Of a stretch of 57,747 bases of DNA, positions 1 through 9,559 are shown one piece after another. The notes beneath the pieces were generated by a model. That model saw nothing but the letters and a program-made list of their open reading frames with translations. It searched no databases and was not told the DNA's origin. A program made the position numbers and the translations under genes. The number at the start of each line of letters is the position of its first letter. The first letter of the stretch is position 1. Source of the stretch: Cyanobacteriota bacterium (GTDB lineage: Bacteria > Cyanobacteriota > Cyanobacteriia > Thermostichales > Thermostichaceae); assembly GCA_033764955.1 (NCBI GenBank), contig JANRIL010000002.1, positions 1-57,747 on the forward strand, read 5' to 3'.

Positions 1-141
1 GATTGGCAGACTCAAGGTCTTTCGGATCTTGTCGGAGCGATACCGCAACCGTCGTCGTCGCTTTCGACTGCGCTTTAATCTAATTGCTGCTCTCTATAAC
101 TTTGAGTTGGAGCTGTTTTTCTGACTTTCGCAAGAGGTTCA
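1..141 (+). mobile_element. 3' end of an IS5-family (ISL2/IS702-like) element: transposase C-terminus (2-124) and probable right inverted repeat (about 124-141)
   Basis: Frame 2 reads IGRLKVFRILSERYRNRRRRFRLRFNLIAALYNFELELFF*, typical of cyanobacterial IS702-like transposase ends, followed by ACTTTCGCAAGAGGTT; not in the ORF track. Confidence 0.75.
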
Positions 142-866
142 ATACTCCAGCGGCCCCCGGAACTCGATTTGGAAACCTTGCGGATACCCCCAGAGCCAAA
201 CGCAGGCAGTCGATACCCACAGTGCTTTCTCGCTCAGAAGTGGCTTCACTCATCGAACAGTTGCAGCCACCCTATCGGTTGATGGGGATGCTCCTTTATG
301 GATGCGGTTTGGGTCTTTCAGAGGCTCTATCTTTGCGGTTGCATAATTTCAACTTTGATACTGGTATGCTCTCGGTACAGTTTGGTAGGGGGGGTAAATC
401 TCGGACAGTGCCCTTACCAGAGAGTATTCAGGGTGAGATTCAAGCGCAATTGGAGCGCATCAAAGATCTTCATCAGGAGGACTTAGCCAGGGGGTATGCC
501 GGGGTATTTATGCCGGGAAATTTTGACAAGAAAGCCAAAGGAGCGGCGCGAGAGCTAGTCTGGCAATGGTTTTTCCCTGCTCCCAGCCTGACAAGGGTCA
601 AGGAAACAGGGGAACTGCGTCGCTACCATGTGCAAGAAACCGATATTTAGCGAGCCATCAAAGCCGCCGCCTTGAGAGCCGGGATCCCGAAGCGAGTTTC
701 ACCGCATACCTTACTCCACAGTTTCGCTACACTCCTGCTGTAGGCCAATTATGATATCCGTCAGATTCAGCTGATGCTAGGTCATAATGATGTCCGCACT
801 ACGATGATCTATACCCACACCATTAAGTCAGACATTAAGCCGTTAAAAAGTCCACTGGATCTGTGA
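142..866 (+). pseudogene. intI: Integron integrase pseudogene, 5' part replaced by IS
   Basis: IntI-specific insert (HQEDLARGYAGVFMP...WQWFFPA) present; in-frame TAG at 648 and 741; GCGLGLSE and HTLLHSF lack the catalytic Arg residues; frame continues LGHNDVRTTMIYTH...KSPLDL* to 866. Confidence 0.88.
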
Positions 867-915
867 GTGAGTGGTCAATCACATCTCTCGACACCTTTCC
901 CAGGTTGATGCATCC

Positions 916-981
916 CCAATGCTCACGAAAAGACCAGAGTACCCGCCCCACCACGGTAAAATCTTCTGGGGGATACTCATT
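916..981 (-). pseudogene. Remnant C-terminus of a second S24-peptidase repressor
   Basis: NEYPPEDFTVVGRVLWSFREHW resembles DPPDDFAVIGRVLGSIRNYV at the end of 4807-5505, with visible nucleotide similarity. Confidence 0.5.
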
Positions 982-1155
982 CCTATAAATCAGACGACAG
1001 AGTTTGTGCATGTAGATCCCCAGGATGAGTGCTTGGGTTGCGGGCATGGGAAACAGGGGATCCGGTGGAATTATTGATGGGGGTAAAGGGATCCCTAATT
1101 GAGTCAACCGAGTCTGACTAGCGGTGTGGGGTAGTATCTAAAAAGATCCATGTCT

Positions 1156-1506
1156 TCACGATTCCAACGAGAGGTTCAAAATAATCCGTAGTGAATTTGA
1201 TATTTTCTGCATATAAATAGCAGAGATACTGCCAAGTTTCTGAACAAAGCGCGTCTCAGAAATTGACCGCACTTGGAAACAATCTGCTGCTGAATCTTTC
1301 GTTAATCCGCTCTGGCTATCTGGAGTAAGCTTGACCATCCAAGGTCTATTGGCGTAACGCTCCTTCCAATCCGTAATAGGAACAATCACTTTGAGTGGCA
1401 AAATGCCAATATCATCATTACTCACAATCAGGGCGGGACGTGTCTTAGCAATTTCGGATCCCTCAGTGGGATCCAACCTTACCAGCCAGATCTCACCTCT
1501 TTGCAT
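1156..1506 (-). CDS. PemK/MazF-family toxin
   Basis: MQRGEIWLVRLDPTEGSEIAKTRPALIVSND...AADCFQVRSIS; ATG at 1506 overlaps the upstream gene. Confidence 0.9.
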   Translation of the reverse strand: MQRGEIWLVRLDPTEGSEIAKTRPALIVSNDDIGILPLKVIVPITDWKERYANRPWMVKLTPDSQSGLTKDSAADCFQVRSISETRFVQKLGSISAIYMQKISNSLRIILNLSLES

Positions 1507-1699
1507 GGATGTTTTCATCATAGAAATCTGTGCCATCCAAGCAGCTAAAAACGGTTAGTTCTGGATCATTTTGGTAATCCTCAAGAGCTTCTTGAGCCGC
1601 TTGTCTTAATTGCAATTTATCGATAAATTGGTTGACCTCAGACAAAAGAGGCTCCGGCAGACTTTGCAGCTTTGAGATGGTGACTTCTCGAATTGTCAT
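1493..1699 (-). CDS. Putative antitoxin (DUF2281-like)
   Basis: 68 aa, KLQSLPEPLLSEVNQFID, acidic tail, overlaps toxin start. Confidence 0.7.
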   Translation of the reverse strand: MTIREVTISKLQSLPEPLLSEVNQFIDKLQLRQAAQEALEDYQNDPELTVFSCLDGTDFYDENIHAKR

Positions 1700-1820
1700 C
1701 GGCTACTCCGCTCTTGGTCGCTACTATTAGTATGCCTTAGCCAGATCTCAATGCCCCCGAAACGACCACAGCAAAATCCTCCGGTGGATCCCTTCTTTTC
1801 GTTCTGACCCGTTGATGTCT

Positions 1821-3068
1821 CTAGCCCAGAGCAACACAGGGCAACTCCCCCCAACACGTCGTGAAACAAGGGGATCTCAATTCCCGCCGCATCTCCCACC
1901 CCCTCTGCATCCCAGCGGCAGCAACCTGGATCGTGCCGGATCCAAACCGTCGGTTGATGCGGTCAATGGTAGCCATCAGGCGTTGGGATCCCTCTCGCGC
2001 TGCCGTATCAAACAAGCTGCCCTGGATCCCATCCCTGGGCACTAACCCCATCATCGTCACCCCCGCCTTTTGGAAAGACACCCCCTCACAGAAAATCGCC
2101 TCCACCAGTTGCAGAGCAGCTTGCACCAATTCCCTGGTATCGCTTGTCGCCACCCCTAACTCCACCGTGCGGCTTTTGGTGTAATGTTCCGCCCCAAACG
2201 GACTGGAACGGGCAAAGACTCGGATGACTGTGGCGGCCTGCTGTTGCCTGCGTAATTTCTCCGCCGCTCTTGAGGTGTAGAGAGCTACAGCTTCCTTGAG
2301 TTCTTGCTGTGTGGTCACCGGACGACCAAAGGAACGCGATACCGTAGTTTCCTTTTTGGGCGGGGGACACTGTTCTAGGGGCAAGCAGGGGATCCCTTGC
2401 AATTCCTGCTGCAACCGGATCCCGATGATTCCCATTTTTTTGCGAATCAAACCTGGGTGCGCATCTCGGAGTTGTAAAGCGGTAGGGATCCCTTGGTGGT
2501 GCAGCCATTGGCTTAATTTAGAGCCGATGCCCCAAATATCCTCAACCGCTGTTGTGTGCAGGATCTCGTCATCACTGGTTGGCATTTCGTAGACGCCTGT
2601 AGGTGATTTTTTGGCGACTCGTCCTGCCACTTTGGCTAAAACTTTGGTGGGAGCAATGCCCACAGAAACTGGGATCCCTGTCCATTGCTTGACGGTGGAA
2701 CAGATCTGACTTCCGTAGGCGGTTAAATCGAGATGATTGAATCCAGCCAGATTGAGAAAAGCTTCATCAATGGAGTAGATTTCCATGGCAGGAGTAAACT
2801 GACTCAACACCGTCATGACTCTGTCCGAGAGATCTCCATACAGGGCATAGTTAGATGAGAAGACATAGATATGGTGTTGCTTGACTTGCTCTCGAATCTT
2901 GAAGAAGGGAACTCCCATCGGGATCCCTAATGCTTTTACCTCAGAGCTTCTAGCGACCACACAACCATCGTTATTGGAGAGCACCACGACGGGTTGATTA
3001 TGCAGTTTAGGGTTAAAGACCCGCTCACACGAACAGTAGAACGAATTGCAATCAATCAGAGCAATCAT
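1821..3068 (-). CDS. umuC: Y-family DNA polymerase V subunit UmuC
   Basis: [39 protein letters not shown]-terminal [14 protein letters not shown]. Confidence 0.95.
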   Translation of the reverse strand: MIALIDCNSFYCSCERVFNPKLHNQPVVVLSNNDGCVVARSSEVKALGIPMGVPFFKIREQVKQHHIYVFSSNYALYGDLSDRVMTVLSQFTPAMEIYSIDEAFLNLAGFNHLDLTAYGSQICSTVKQWTGIPVSVGIAPTKVLAKVAGRVAKKSPTGVYEMPTSDDEILHTTAVEDIWGIGSKLSQWLHHQGIPTALQLRDAHPGLIRKKMGIIGIRLQQELQGIPCLPLEQCPPPKKETTVSRSFGRPVTTQQELKEAVALYTSRAAEKLRRQQQAATVIRVFARSSPFGAEHYTKSRTVELGVATSDTRELVQAALQLVEAIFCEGVSFQKAGVTMMGLVPRDGIQGSLFDTAAREGSQRLMATIDRINRRFGSGTIQVAAAGMQRGWEMRRELRSPCFTTCWGELPCVALG

Positions 3069-3515
3069 GATGAGACTACCTGTTCTGGATGCAGAATCAC
3101 AAATCCTTCTAAAGAAAGAAAATCTTTTGAGTTATACGTCAGTAAATGAGTGATTGGGTAAGTCTTCATGACTGCTTGGATCTGAATATCATGCACTCGC
3201 TTTCCCCTTAATCAAATAAGCAGTGACATCATCCATCCAGAAAGTGAAAATCTGAGAGTTATCTTCCAATAAAGCAAATTGGTTGAGAAGACTGGTTACT
3301 TCAGTGGCAGCTTGCTCAACCGTCCAGCCCAACCCATTCTCTTGATTTGGACGGGTGGGAACAACCCAGAACTCAATCACAACTTGGGGAGTGATGACAC
3401 ATTCCCATCCTGTTTCTAATAGGTGAGCTACTGCTTCCACAACTGCGGAATATTGGGAGGACGCTGGATCCGCAGCACGCAAGAGGATATTGGTATCCAA
3501 AAGGATGCGATTCAC
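3065..3515 (-). pseudogene. PIN-domain (VapC) toxin, frameshifted
   Basis: ILLDTNILL N-terminus; one extra base in GGGGAAAG (about 3200); shifted frame continues [27 protein letters not shown]...VVSS*, whose TGA overlaps the umuC ATG. Confidence 0.85.
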
Positions 3516-3757
3516 TCGTAGATCGCCTCGCGCCGCAATGCTTCAGTAGAAATCTGTGACGGTTGGGGACTATGGCTAGCAGCCCACTCCCGCCATCGTT
3601 TGGCTTTCTGGGCACATTCAGAAGTGGTTTCTGGGCTGAGGATGAGGGAACTACCCTGAATCTCTAAACGATAAGAAGTTCCGGGGGGCACGGATCCCAA
3701 CACTTCGGCGGGGACAGATAATTCCCCCAGCTCATTAACGCGCAAAATACGAATCAT
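3512..3757 (-). CDS. Putative AbrB/VapB-like antitoxin
   Basis: MIRILRVNELGELSVPAEVLG...EALRREAIYE; overlaps the SRAP 3' end and the vapC start. Confidence 0.7.
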   Translation of the reverse strand: MIRILRVNELGELSVPAEVLGSVPPGTSYRLEIQGSSLILSPETTSECAQKAKRWREWAASHSPQPSQISTEALRREAIYE

Positions 3758-4433
3758 AACTTGACTTCTCCAGTGAAATAAACTCTCGACAAAGGGGATC
3801 CTCATGCTTGGCATTATTGACTCGGTTACTGACCGGATAGGCAACCATTTCTGCGGCGGGATAGGTTTGCAGTAATGGCACGACCCGAGCTGGATCCTGA
3901 AGGGTGGGATCTAGCCAAACCTCATAATTAGATGGATCTACGATAACCGGCATGCGGTCATGGATCCCTGCCATCAGTTGATTGGGAGCAGTGGTGATGA
4001 TGGCACAGGAGTCAATCACACTTCCTGCGGGTGATTTCCAGGTTTCCCATAGACCTGCAAAGGCAAATAGGGATCCCTCTTTCAAGCCAATGTGAAAGGG
4101 TTGTTTTGATTTCCCACGACCTTGCCACTCATAAAATCCATCGGCAGGAATTAGGCACCGCCGCTGCCGTAAGGCTGTCCGAAAGGTCGGTTTTTCCGTT
4201 AAGGTTTCGGCACGGGCATTAATTATGGGCTTGGGATCCTTTGCCCAGGATGGAATCAACCCCCATTGCAAAGCGTGTAGGGATCTGGTGCCTGTATGGG
4301 GATCCTGTAAGACGCCATAAATCGACTGACCAGGAGCAATGTTGTAGCGAGGGGAAATGTCAAGAATCTCATCTAACCCAAAGTGCTGGAATAACTCTTG
4401 AGCCGTCGCTGCTAATCCAAATCGTCCACACAT
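3735..4433 (-). CDS. SOS response-associated peptidase (SRAP, YedK/HMCES family)
   Basis: MCGRF start, RYNIAP, INARAET, RRCLIPADGFYEW, IHDRMPVI. Confidence 0.95.
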   Translation of the reverse strand: MCGRFGLAATAQELFQHFGLDEILDISPRYNIAPGQSIYGVLQDPHTGTRSLHALQWGLIPSWAKDPKPIINARAETLTEKPTFRTALRQRRCLIPADGFYEWQGRGKSKQPFHIGLKEGSLFAFAGLWETWKSPAGSVIDSCAIITTAPNQLMAGIHDRMPVIVDPSNYEVWLDPTLQDPARVVPLLQTYPAAEMVAYPVSNRVNNAKHEDPLCREFISLEKSSYDSYFAR

Positions 4434-4437
4434 CCTG

Positions 4438-4770
4438 TTACCTCATGAAATGGATCCCTGCAGTCACCACACCCCATACTTCCACTGGGGATCCCTGTCG
4501 GATCCGTTGGACTCGCAACTCTCCATCCACGATGGTCACAGCCATCCGGTTGGGTAAGGGATCTAGCGACCGATCCACAATCAAGATGTCTCCCTTCTGG
4601 ATCCCTGGCTCTAGGGTCGTCTCCTCTGCCACTCGCATGAAAAACGTAGCGGCTGGACGAGCAATCAACAAACGATTCAGATCCAGAGGCGGTTCCAGAT
4701 AATCTCCAGCAGGAGAAGGAAATCCAGCATAGACACACTCTTGTAACAGGGGAATCATACGGCTCCTCAA
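4438..4770 (-). CDS. umuD: UmuD-like protein with degenerate Ser-Lys dyad
   Basis: YAGFPSPAGDY..LDLNRLLI..PAATFFMRV, GDILIVDRS, VWGVV; GDSM and VKRL motifs replaced by EETT and VQRI. Confidence 0.8.
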   Translation of the reverse strand: MRSRMIPLLQECVYAGFPSPAGDYLEPPLDLNRLLIARPAATFFMRVAEETTLEPGIQKGDILIVDRSLDPLPNRMAVTIVDGELRVQRIRQGSPVEVWGVVTAGIHFMR

Positions 4771-4806
4771 CGGTTTACGGCATCTCTATCAACCCCACCC
4801 CGACTG

Positions 4807-5505
4807 TCAAACATAGTTACGAATGGATCCCAACACCCGCCCAATCACCGCAAAATCATCGGGAGGATCCTTCACATTCAACTCAAACGGCTTGTAGGCC
4901 GGATTATCACTACACACCTCAATCCGCCTGCCAGGGTAAACCTGTAACCGCTTCAACAACAGGGATCCATCCAACCGCACCACAAAGATCCCTTCCCGTG
5001 GATCCGTCACCTTGCGGTCTACCAGAATAATGTCTCCAGAGCGGAGTGTGGGTTCCATCGATTCCCCTCGCACATAGATCAATACCAACCCCACCGGACT
5101 GGTGTGGAACTGCCGTTGCAGCCAACTGCGCTGAAAATCGATCCGCTCCAACTCTTCCACTGGTGCATCTAGCAACGCCCCGGATCCGGCACTGGCTTCC
5201 ACATCATGCAACGGGATGGAGACCACATCCGGATCCGTCTCTGGCTCCGGTTCACTCTCCACATACTGGGATCCCTTACCCGTCAACAACCAATTCAGAT
5301 TCACTCCCGTTCGTTCCGCCAAGATTGCCAGTTTCTCAGCCGTGGGCTGCGCTCCATCCAAATACTTCCGCAGAGAACTATCGGGGAAACCAATGCTTTG
5401 CGCGAAATGGAGAATGGTTCCTTCTCCCATGATCTGGCGCAGACGGTAGCGGAAGGTTCCAGGGGGAAGATTGTCCAGGCGATGCAGCACAGAAGTTCGA
5501 GGCAT
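4807..5505 (-). CDS. CI-like repressor (XRE HTH + S24 peptidase)
   Basis: HTH ending VNLNWLLTGKG, ASAGSG cleavage site, VRGESMEPTL, LLKRL. Confidence 0.9.
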   Translation of the reverse strand: MPRTSVLHRLDNLPPGTFRYRLRQIMGEGTILHFAQSIGFPDSSLRKYLDGAQPTAEKLAILAERTGVNLNWLLTGKGSQYVESEPEPETDPDVVSIPLHDVEASAGSGALLDAPVEELERIDFQRSWLQRQFHTSPVGLVLIYVRGESMEPTLRSGDIILVDRKVTDPREGIFVVRLDGSLLLKRLQVYPGRRIEVCSDNPAYKPFELNVKDPPDDFAVIGRVLGSIRNYV

Positions 5506-5625
5506 AAACAGAGAAACCCCTTGTTGGCGCTAGCCTTGCGTAGCAATGGATGGACAAGAGCCTGAGATATAGTCTTCTCATCCATCATTATTCCATATTC
5601 TGATGAATAGCGTAACCCAAAGAAG

Positions 5626-5685
5626 TGAGTCAGACAAATCCGACCAGAGAAAAAATTCACAAATGAGTCTTACTTGTCTGACCAG
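5626..5685. promoter_or_regulatory. Two operator-like sites TGAGTC-N7-TCYGACYAG between the divergent repressor and ner-like genes
   Basis: 5626-5647 tgagtc agacaaa tccgaccag; 5664-5685 tgagtc ttacttg tctgaccag; third copy at 1100-1121. Confidence 0.6.
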
Positions 5686-5723
5686 ATCAAGTTGGATCCT
5701 AGTTTTGCAAGAGAGAGCCGTTT

Positions 5724-5978
5724 ATGACGGATAAACCCTTGGTGACCCTCTCTACTATTCAGGTAGAGCAAATTAAGTCAGGACTGCGGATGTCGGGCTG
5801 GTCGCTGGTGAAAGTGGCAGAGCATCTGGGGGTGTGCAAGCAAACGGTGTCACGGGTGCTGCACGGCAAACGCTCGCGCCGTGTGGAAGAAGGCATCGCG
5901 GCGTTGTTGGGAAAGTCCGTTCAGAAGGTGTGGCCGGAGCAATACCCGCCCCCCGACCAACAAATGCCGTTGTTTTAA
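5724..5978 (+). CDS. Ner/Nlp-like (Cro-type) HTH regulator
   Basis: IKSGLRMSGWSL..VAEHLGV..QTVSRVL...VEEGIAALLG...VWPEQY; divergent from the CI-like gene. Confidence 0.8.
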   Translation: MTDKPLVTLSTIQVEQIKSGLRMSGWSLVKVAEHLGVCKQTVSRVLHGKRSRRVEEGIAALLGKSVQKVWPEQYPPPDQQMPLF

Positions 5979-6182
5979 GAGGTGGATCCTTTCACGTTAG
6001 TGGAGCGTAGCTCTATGTTTGATATCCGAGAACACGTAGAATTTGACCGCCTAAACCCTTGCCAGAGATCGGGCAGATGATGCTGAACTTGGCTCAGGCA
6101 GGCTACGGATCCCTAAGCGGTGATGGCAAACGAATCCAACTGCCTTGGATTTATCGTCTCTCTCTACGCAAGGGGGGGGATC

Positions 6183-6276
6183 CCTCTACACCTCTACAGA
6201 ACTATCTCAAGCCCAGACAGAGCGAGCGATTGAGCCAGTAGAGGCAGACCTCTACACCCCTCTACAGTCCTCTACA
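6183..6276. repeat. CCTCTACA repeat cluster (iteron-like)
   Basis: Copies at 6183, 6191, 6249, 6259 and 6269, plus inverted GTAGAGG at 6238. Confidence 0.65.
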
Positions 6277-6305
6277 AGTTTGTATCAACGATTTTGAGGG
6301 GCCCT

Positions 6306-6790
6306 ATGAGGACAGCGACGCGCAGCCGAATCAAAGCCCCTGACATCGAGTGGAGCCACTACCAAAAAGCCATTTTCAGATGGGCAGAACACGGATCCGG
6401 TCATAGTCTGGTCAATGCCGTCGCCGGAGCTGGCAAAACTCGCACCTTGCAAGAATTGGTGAATCGGATCCCCAAAGACCAGAAAGTTGCCGTGCTGGCC
6501 TTCAACAACCACATGGCCGCCGAACTCAAAGCCAAACTCCCCAGCCGGATTACGGTCAGCACCATTCACCGCATGGGCATGGGGATCCTCAGTCGGGTCT
6601 TTCGTAGAGCCTTTCAGCCCAATGACTTCAAGTATCACGACCTGGCAAATCAAGTGGTGGAACGGATGGCTCCACCTCAAAAGAGAGAGAACAGGAAGCC
6701 AGATCCTTAGATCACCCACTATCTGCAAATTACCCTGACTGAGCCAAGTGAGTTGGGGATCTGTCACCTTATCGAGCATTTCAGTTTTGC
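6306..6790 (+). pseudogene. Truncated UvrD/SF1 helicase
   Basis: Walker A VNAVAGAGKT, LAFNNHMAAEL, STIHRMG; TAG at 6708; frame continues ITHYLQITLTEP to about 6790 and then breaks off. Confidence 0.75.
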
Positions 6791-6900
6791 CCACGATTTG
6801 CCCACAAGTTCTAGCCTACTTGGGCATATAGAATCACTCCTCAGCACATGATCGTAGGCCGAAGAACTTATTCTCTCGCTATTTCTCGCTATTTGTAGAA

Positions 6901-6974
6901 CGGGACTGGAGGGATTCGAACCCTCGACCTAGCGCTTAGGAGGCGCTCGCTCTATCCATCTGAGCTACAGCCCC
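6901..6974 (-). tRNA. tRNA-Arg (anticodon CCT)
   Basis: GGGGCTGTAGCTCAGATGGATAGAGCG-AGCGC-CT-CCT-AA-GCGCT-AGGTC-GAGGGTTCGAATCCCTC-CAGTCCCG; CCA not encoded. Confidence 0.97.
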
Positions 6975-7087
6975 AAACGGCAAAATAAAATATGGAGTAT
7001 TCTACTCCATCCCACAGCTATCCAGCGACTTTAGCGCTCTGCTGAGGAGAACTACACTCTCTTTAATTGAGGTTGTCAATCGATTAG

Positions 7088-7130
7088 AAAAAAGCTGGTT
7101 TTTGAGAGGGATCCCTGCCAAAAGCCAGCT
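7088..7130 (-). terminator. Intrinsic terminator downstream of isiA
   Basis: Minus strand AGCTGGCTTTTG...CAAAAACCAGCT stem followed by a T-run. Confidence 0.7.
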
Positions 7131-7190
7131 ATGTTGACGTGGATGTTAAAGACTAGAGAAAGAAATACGTAGGAAGGGTAAGTGGGTCAG

Positions 7191-8228
7191 CTAGGAGGCT
7201 GGGGATCCCACGGTATTCAAGGCTTGTTCAACTCGCTTGAAGTTGAAACCCATCGCTCGCAGAGCGTGCCAAAGATGACCTTGTAGGAAGAAGAAAGCCA
7301 AGAAGAAATGGGCATTGGCCAACCAAGCGCGAGCTGTGTGCTGACCTAAGGGGAGAGAAGCTGTATCGGCAAAATAGGGGGCAATACCCAATTTAACCTC
7401 TAGGGGAGAACCATAAAACTCCGGCGGATAGGCAAGGGTATTGACGGCACAGAAGTAGGCTGCCACAAATCCTGCCAAAGCAATGCCTCCGAGGGAATAA
7501 GACAAAATCGCTTCACCCGAAAAGGTCAATATCCGTTTAACCCAGGGCAAGGGAGGAGTGACAATATGCCAAATGCCACCTACTATCAATAGGATGCCAA
7601 CATAGATATGCCCTCCAATCAGGTCTTCTAGAGAATTAACACTGGCAAAGTGGGTTTGATAGCCATAAATGATCAAGGGATCCAGGGTGGGGGCACTAAC
7701 CGTTCGCACATTCTGGGTAACCGAATCATAGATCCCCCCCCAAAACATAGCTTTGCCCACCAATAAAAGCGCGCCAACTCCCAGAAATAGAAGATGATGA
7801 CCCAAAATCATGCCCAACTGAGCTGGATCATTCCACTCAAAATGAAAGCGCTTGGCAGAACCATTGGCTGCTTTCAGATCGGCAGGTCCTTTGATGGCAT
7901 GAAACAGTGCCCCAGCCCCTAGAACAGCGCTAGAAATCAGGTGTAATAAGCCGATCACAAAATAAGGATAAAGATCGGCAATCTGACCACCTTCACCAAC
8001 TCCAAATCCTAGGGTGGCTAAATGGGGTAATAAAATGAGATTTTGCTGACCCATAGGTATATTAGGTTGATAGCGAGAAATCTCAAACAGTGTGAAACTC
8101 CCAGCCCACAATGTAGTGAGGGCAGCCTGAGCTACATGAGCAGCGATAAATAAGCCTGATAAATTAGCAAAACGAGCATTACCTGCATACCACTCGTAAG
8201 TGACATCAGGATTGTCGTAGGTTTGCAT
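7191..8228 (-). CDS. isiA: Iron-stress-induced chlorophyll-binding protein (CP43')
   Basis: [35 protein letters not shown]; 345 aa, lacks the large CP43 lumenal loop. Confidence 0.93.
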   Translation of the reverse strand: MQTYDNPDVTYEWYAGNARFANLSGLFIAAHVAQAALTTLWAGSFTLFEISRYQPNIPMGQQNLILLPHLATLGFGVGEGGQIADLYPYFVIGLLHLISSAVLGAGALFHAIKGPADLKAANGSAKRFHFEWNDPAQLGMILGHHLLFLGVGALLLVGKAMFWGGIYDSVTQNVRTVSAPTLDPLIIYGYQTHFASVNSLEDLIGGHIYVGILLIVGGIWHIVTPPLPWVKRILTFSGEAILSYSLGGIALAGFVAAYFCAVNTLAYPPEFYGSPLEVKLGIAPYFADTASLPLGQHTARAWLANAHFFLAFFFLQGHLWHALRAMGFNFKRVEQALNTVGSPAS

Positions 8229-8556
8229 GAAGGTTCCTCCTAATCAAAGTAGATAAACGGCGAGTCAAAAATTTATCGCCAGGCTAGAGAGGGATCCCTA
8301 GCTCACAGGTGATGGCAATCTTGAATCCTTACCTATACAAATGGCTGCAATCTAGAAAAGAGAATAGATAGTTTCCAGTCAACATTTTCTAGCCGTCTTT
8401 TGTTGGTTTAACGATCAAGACATTCTGAAATTCTTTCTGAGAGGGTTATCTAAAAAAGAGGGCTTATATCGATTGGATAAGCAACCAGACTACGCCGATC
8501 CTGGCAGCATTCTTAGCAATATAAGCCCTCAACTCAGACAAGAGAGAGACTGCTAG

Positions 8557-8571
8557 TGAGAAATATTTTCA
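8557..8571. promoter_or_regulatory. Possible Fur box upstream of isiA
   Basis: TGAGAAA-T-ATTTTCA imperfect 7-1-7 repeat about 330 bp upstream; isiA is a known Fur target. Confidence 0.4.
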
Positions 8572-8701
8572 TTTAGCAAGCTCATCATTACCATAGAGCT
8601 TAATAGGACTATTTTGCAAGAAAGAGAAGAGTTAAGAGTTGTTAAGGATGTAGGTCTGGGATCCCGGAGCATCTGGGGGAGGCTGGGACAGTCGCTTGAA
8701 T

Positions 8702-9430
8702 CTAGCTGTATTTGTGGTGATGAGCGGCTCGAACAAAGGCTTGTAACAGGTTTTGCTGGGGGGGGGATCCCAGATCCAGTTCGGGATGCCACTGCACGCT
8801 GACGGCCCACGGATGGGAGGAATGCTCCATCGCCTCCAAAACACCATCTTCCGCTTCGGCTACGCCGATCCAGCCTAGGGGCAAGCGCCGCACCGCCTGA
8901 TGATGCCAGGAAACCACTGCTACCTCAAGGGATCCCAAGATACTGGCAAGGCGACTGTGGGGAGCCACTTTTACGGTGTGTTCAATCGGGTGATGGGGGG
9001 GATGACGATGGGCAATATCAGGCTTTCCTGCGTCGGGCAGATGGACAATCAACTCACCTCCCCCTGCCACCGCTAAAATTTGATGCCCACGGCAAATGCC
9101 CAAGATGGGTTGTTTCTGTTGGAGGGCTAGCTGAGCTAAGCTCAATTCAAACTGATCCCGTTCGGGATCCACACCATAAACGGCAGGGTGGAAAGAACCA
9201 CCATAGTGGTGAGGTTCGATATCGCCCCCCCCTGAGATGATAATTCCATCCAGATGAGCAAGTAATTCTTGTAGGTCAGGATGCGGCAGATCAGTGGAGG
9301 GTAAAACAATAGGTAAGCCCCCTGCCTGTCGCACAGCTTGTAAATAGCGGTGGGGCAAATAGAAATGACCGGAGGCTTGCCGACCATAGCTTGTGATGCC
9401 AATGGTGGGGGGCGGCAGGGGATTGGGCAT
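8702..9430 (-). CDS. Peptidase C26 / gamma-glutamyl-GABA hydrolase family (PuuD-like)
   Basis: IISGGGDI, PILGICRGHQ, VQWHPE. Confidence 0.9.
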   Translation of the reverse strand: MPNPLPPPTIGITSYGRQASGHFYLPHRYLQAVRQAGGLPIVLPSTDLPHPDLQELLAHLDGIIISGGGDIEPHHYGGSFHPAVYGVDPERDQFELSLAQLALQQKQPILGICRGHQILAVAGGGELIVHLPDAGKPDIAHRHPPHHPIEHTVKVAPHSRLASILGSLEVAVVSWHHQAVRRLPLGWIGVAEAEDGVLEAMEHSSHPWAVSVQWHPELDLGSPPQQNLLQAFVRAAHHHKYS

Positions 9431-9559
9431 AACCAGCACCAACGCTTAAAAAGAAGGGATCCCTTGATGGTCGGCAGGCCAAAGGATTGTAGAGATTCTC
9501 AACATTCTAAACTATCCAGCTATGGCAAGCTAAGCCAATTAGGAGTCAAGGTTGAAGGT

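Larger units (their letters stand above)
1..6900. mobile_element. Decayed integrative (prophage/ICE-like) element adjoining the 3' end of tRNA-Arg(CCU); left end outside the window
   Basis: Cluster of IS end, intI pseudogene, TA pairs, umuDC/SRAP, CI/Ner switch and truncated helicase, ending about 100 bp from the tRNA 3' end; TTTGCCCAC direct repeats at 6786 and 6797. Confidence 0.7.

Noticed and set aside
84..650. ORF-track 188-aa protein as a functional integrase
   Set aside because: Its start lies inside the IS end; catalytic residues are altered and the C-terminus is cut by stops
1100..1820. attC sites around the PemK pair near intI
   Set aside because: No AAC...GTT-bounded hairpin with L boxes found by eye
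6183..6276. CRISPR array
   Set aside because: Repeats are 8 bp with 0-2 bp spacing and there are no cas genes; I saw no CRISPR-like array anywhere in the window
7191..8228. Unusual antenna or psbC
   Set aside because: Length and motifs match ordinary IsiA
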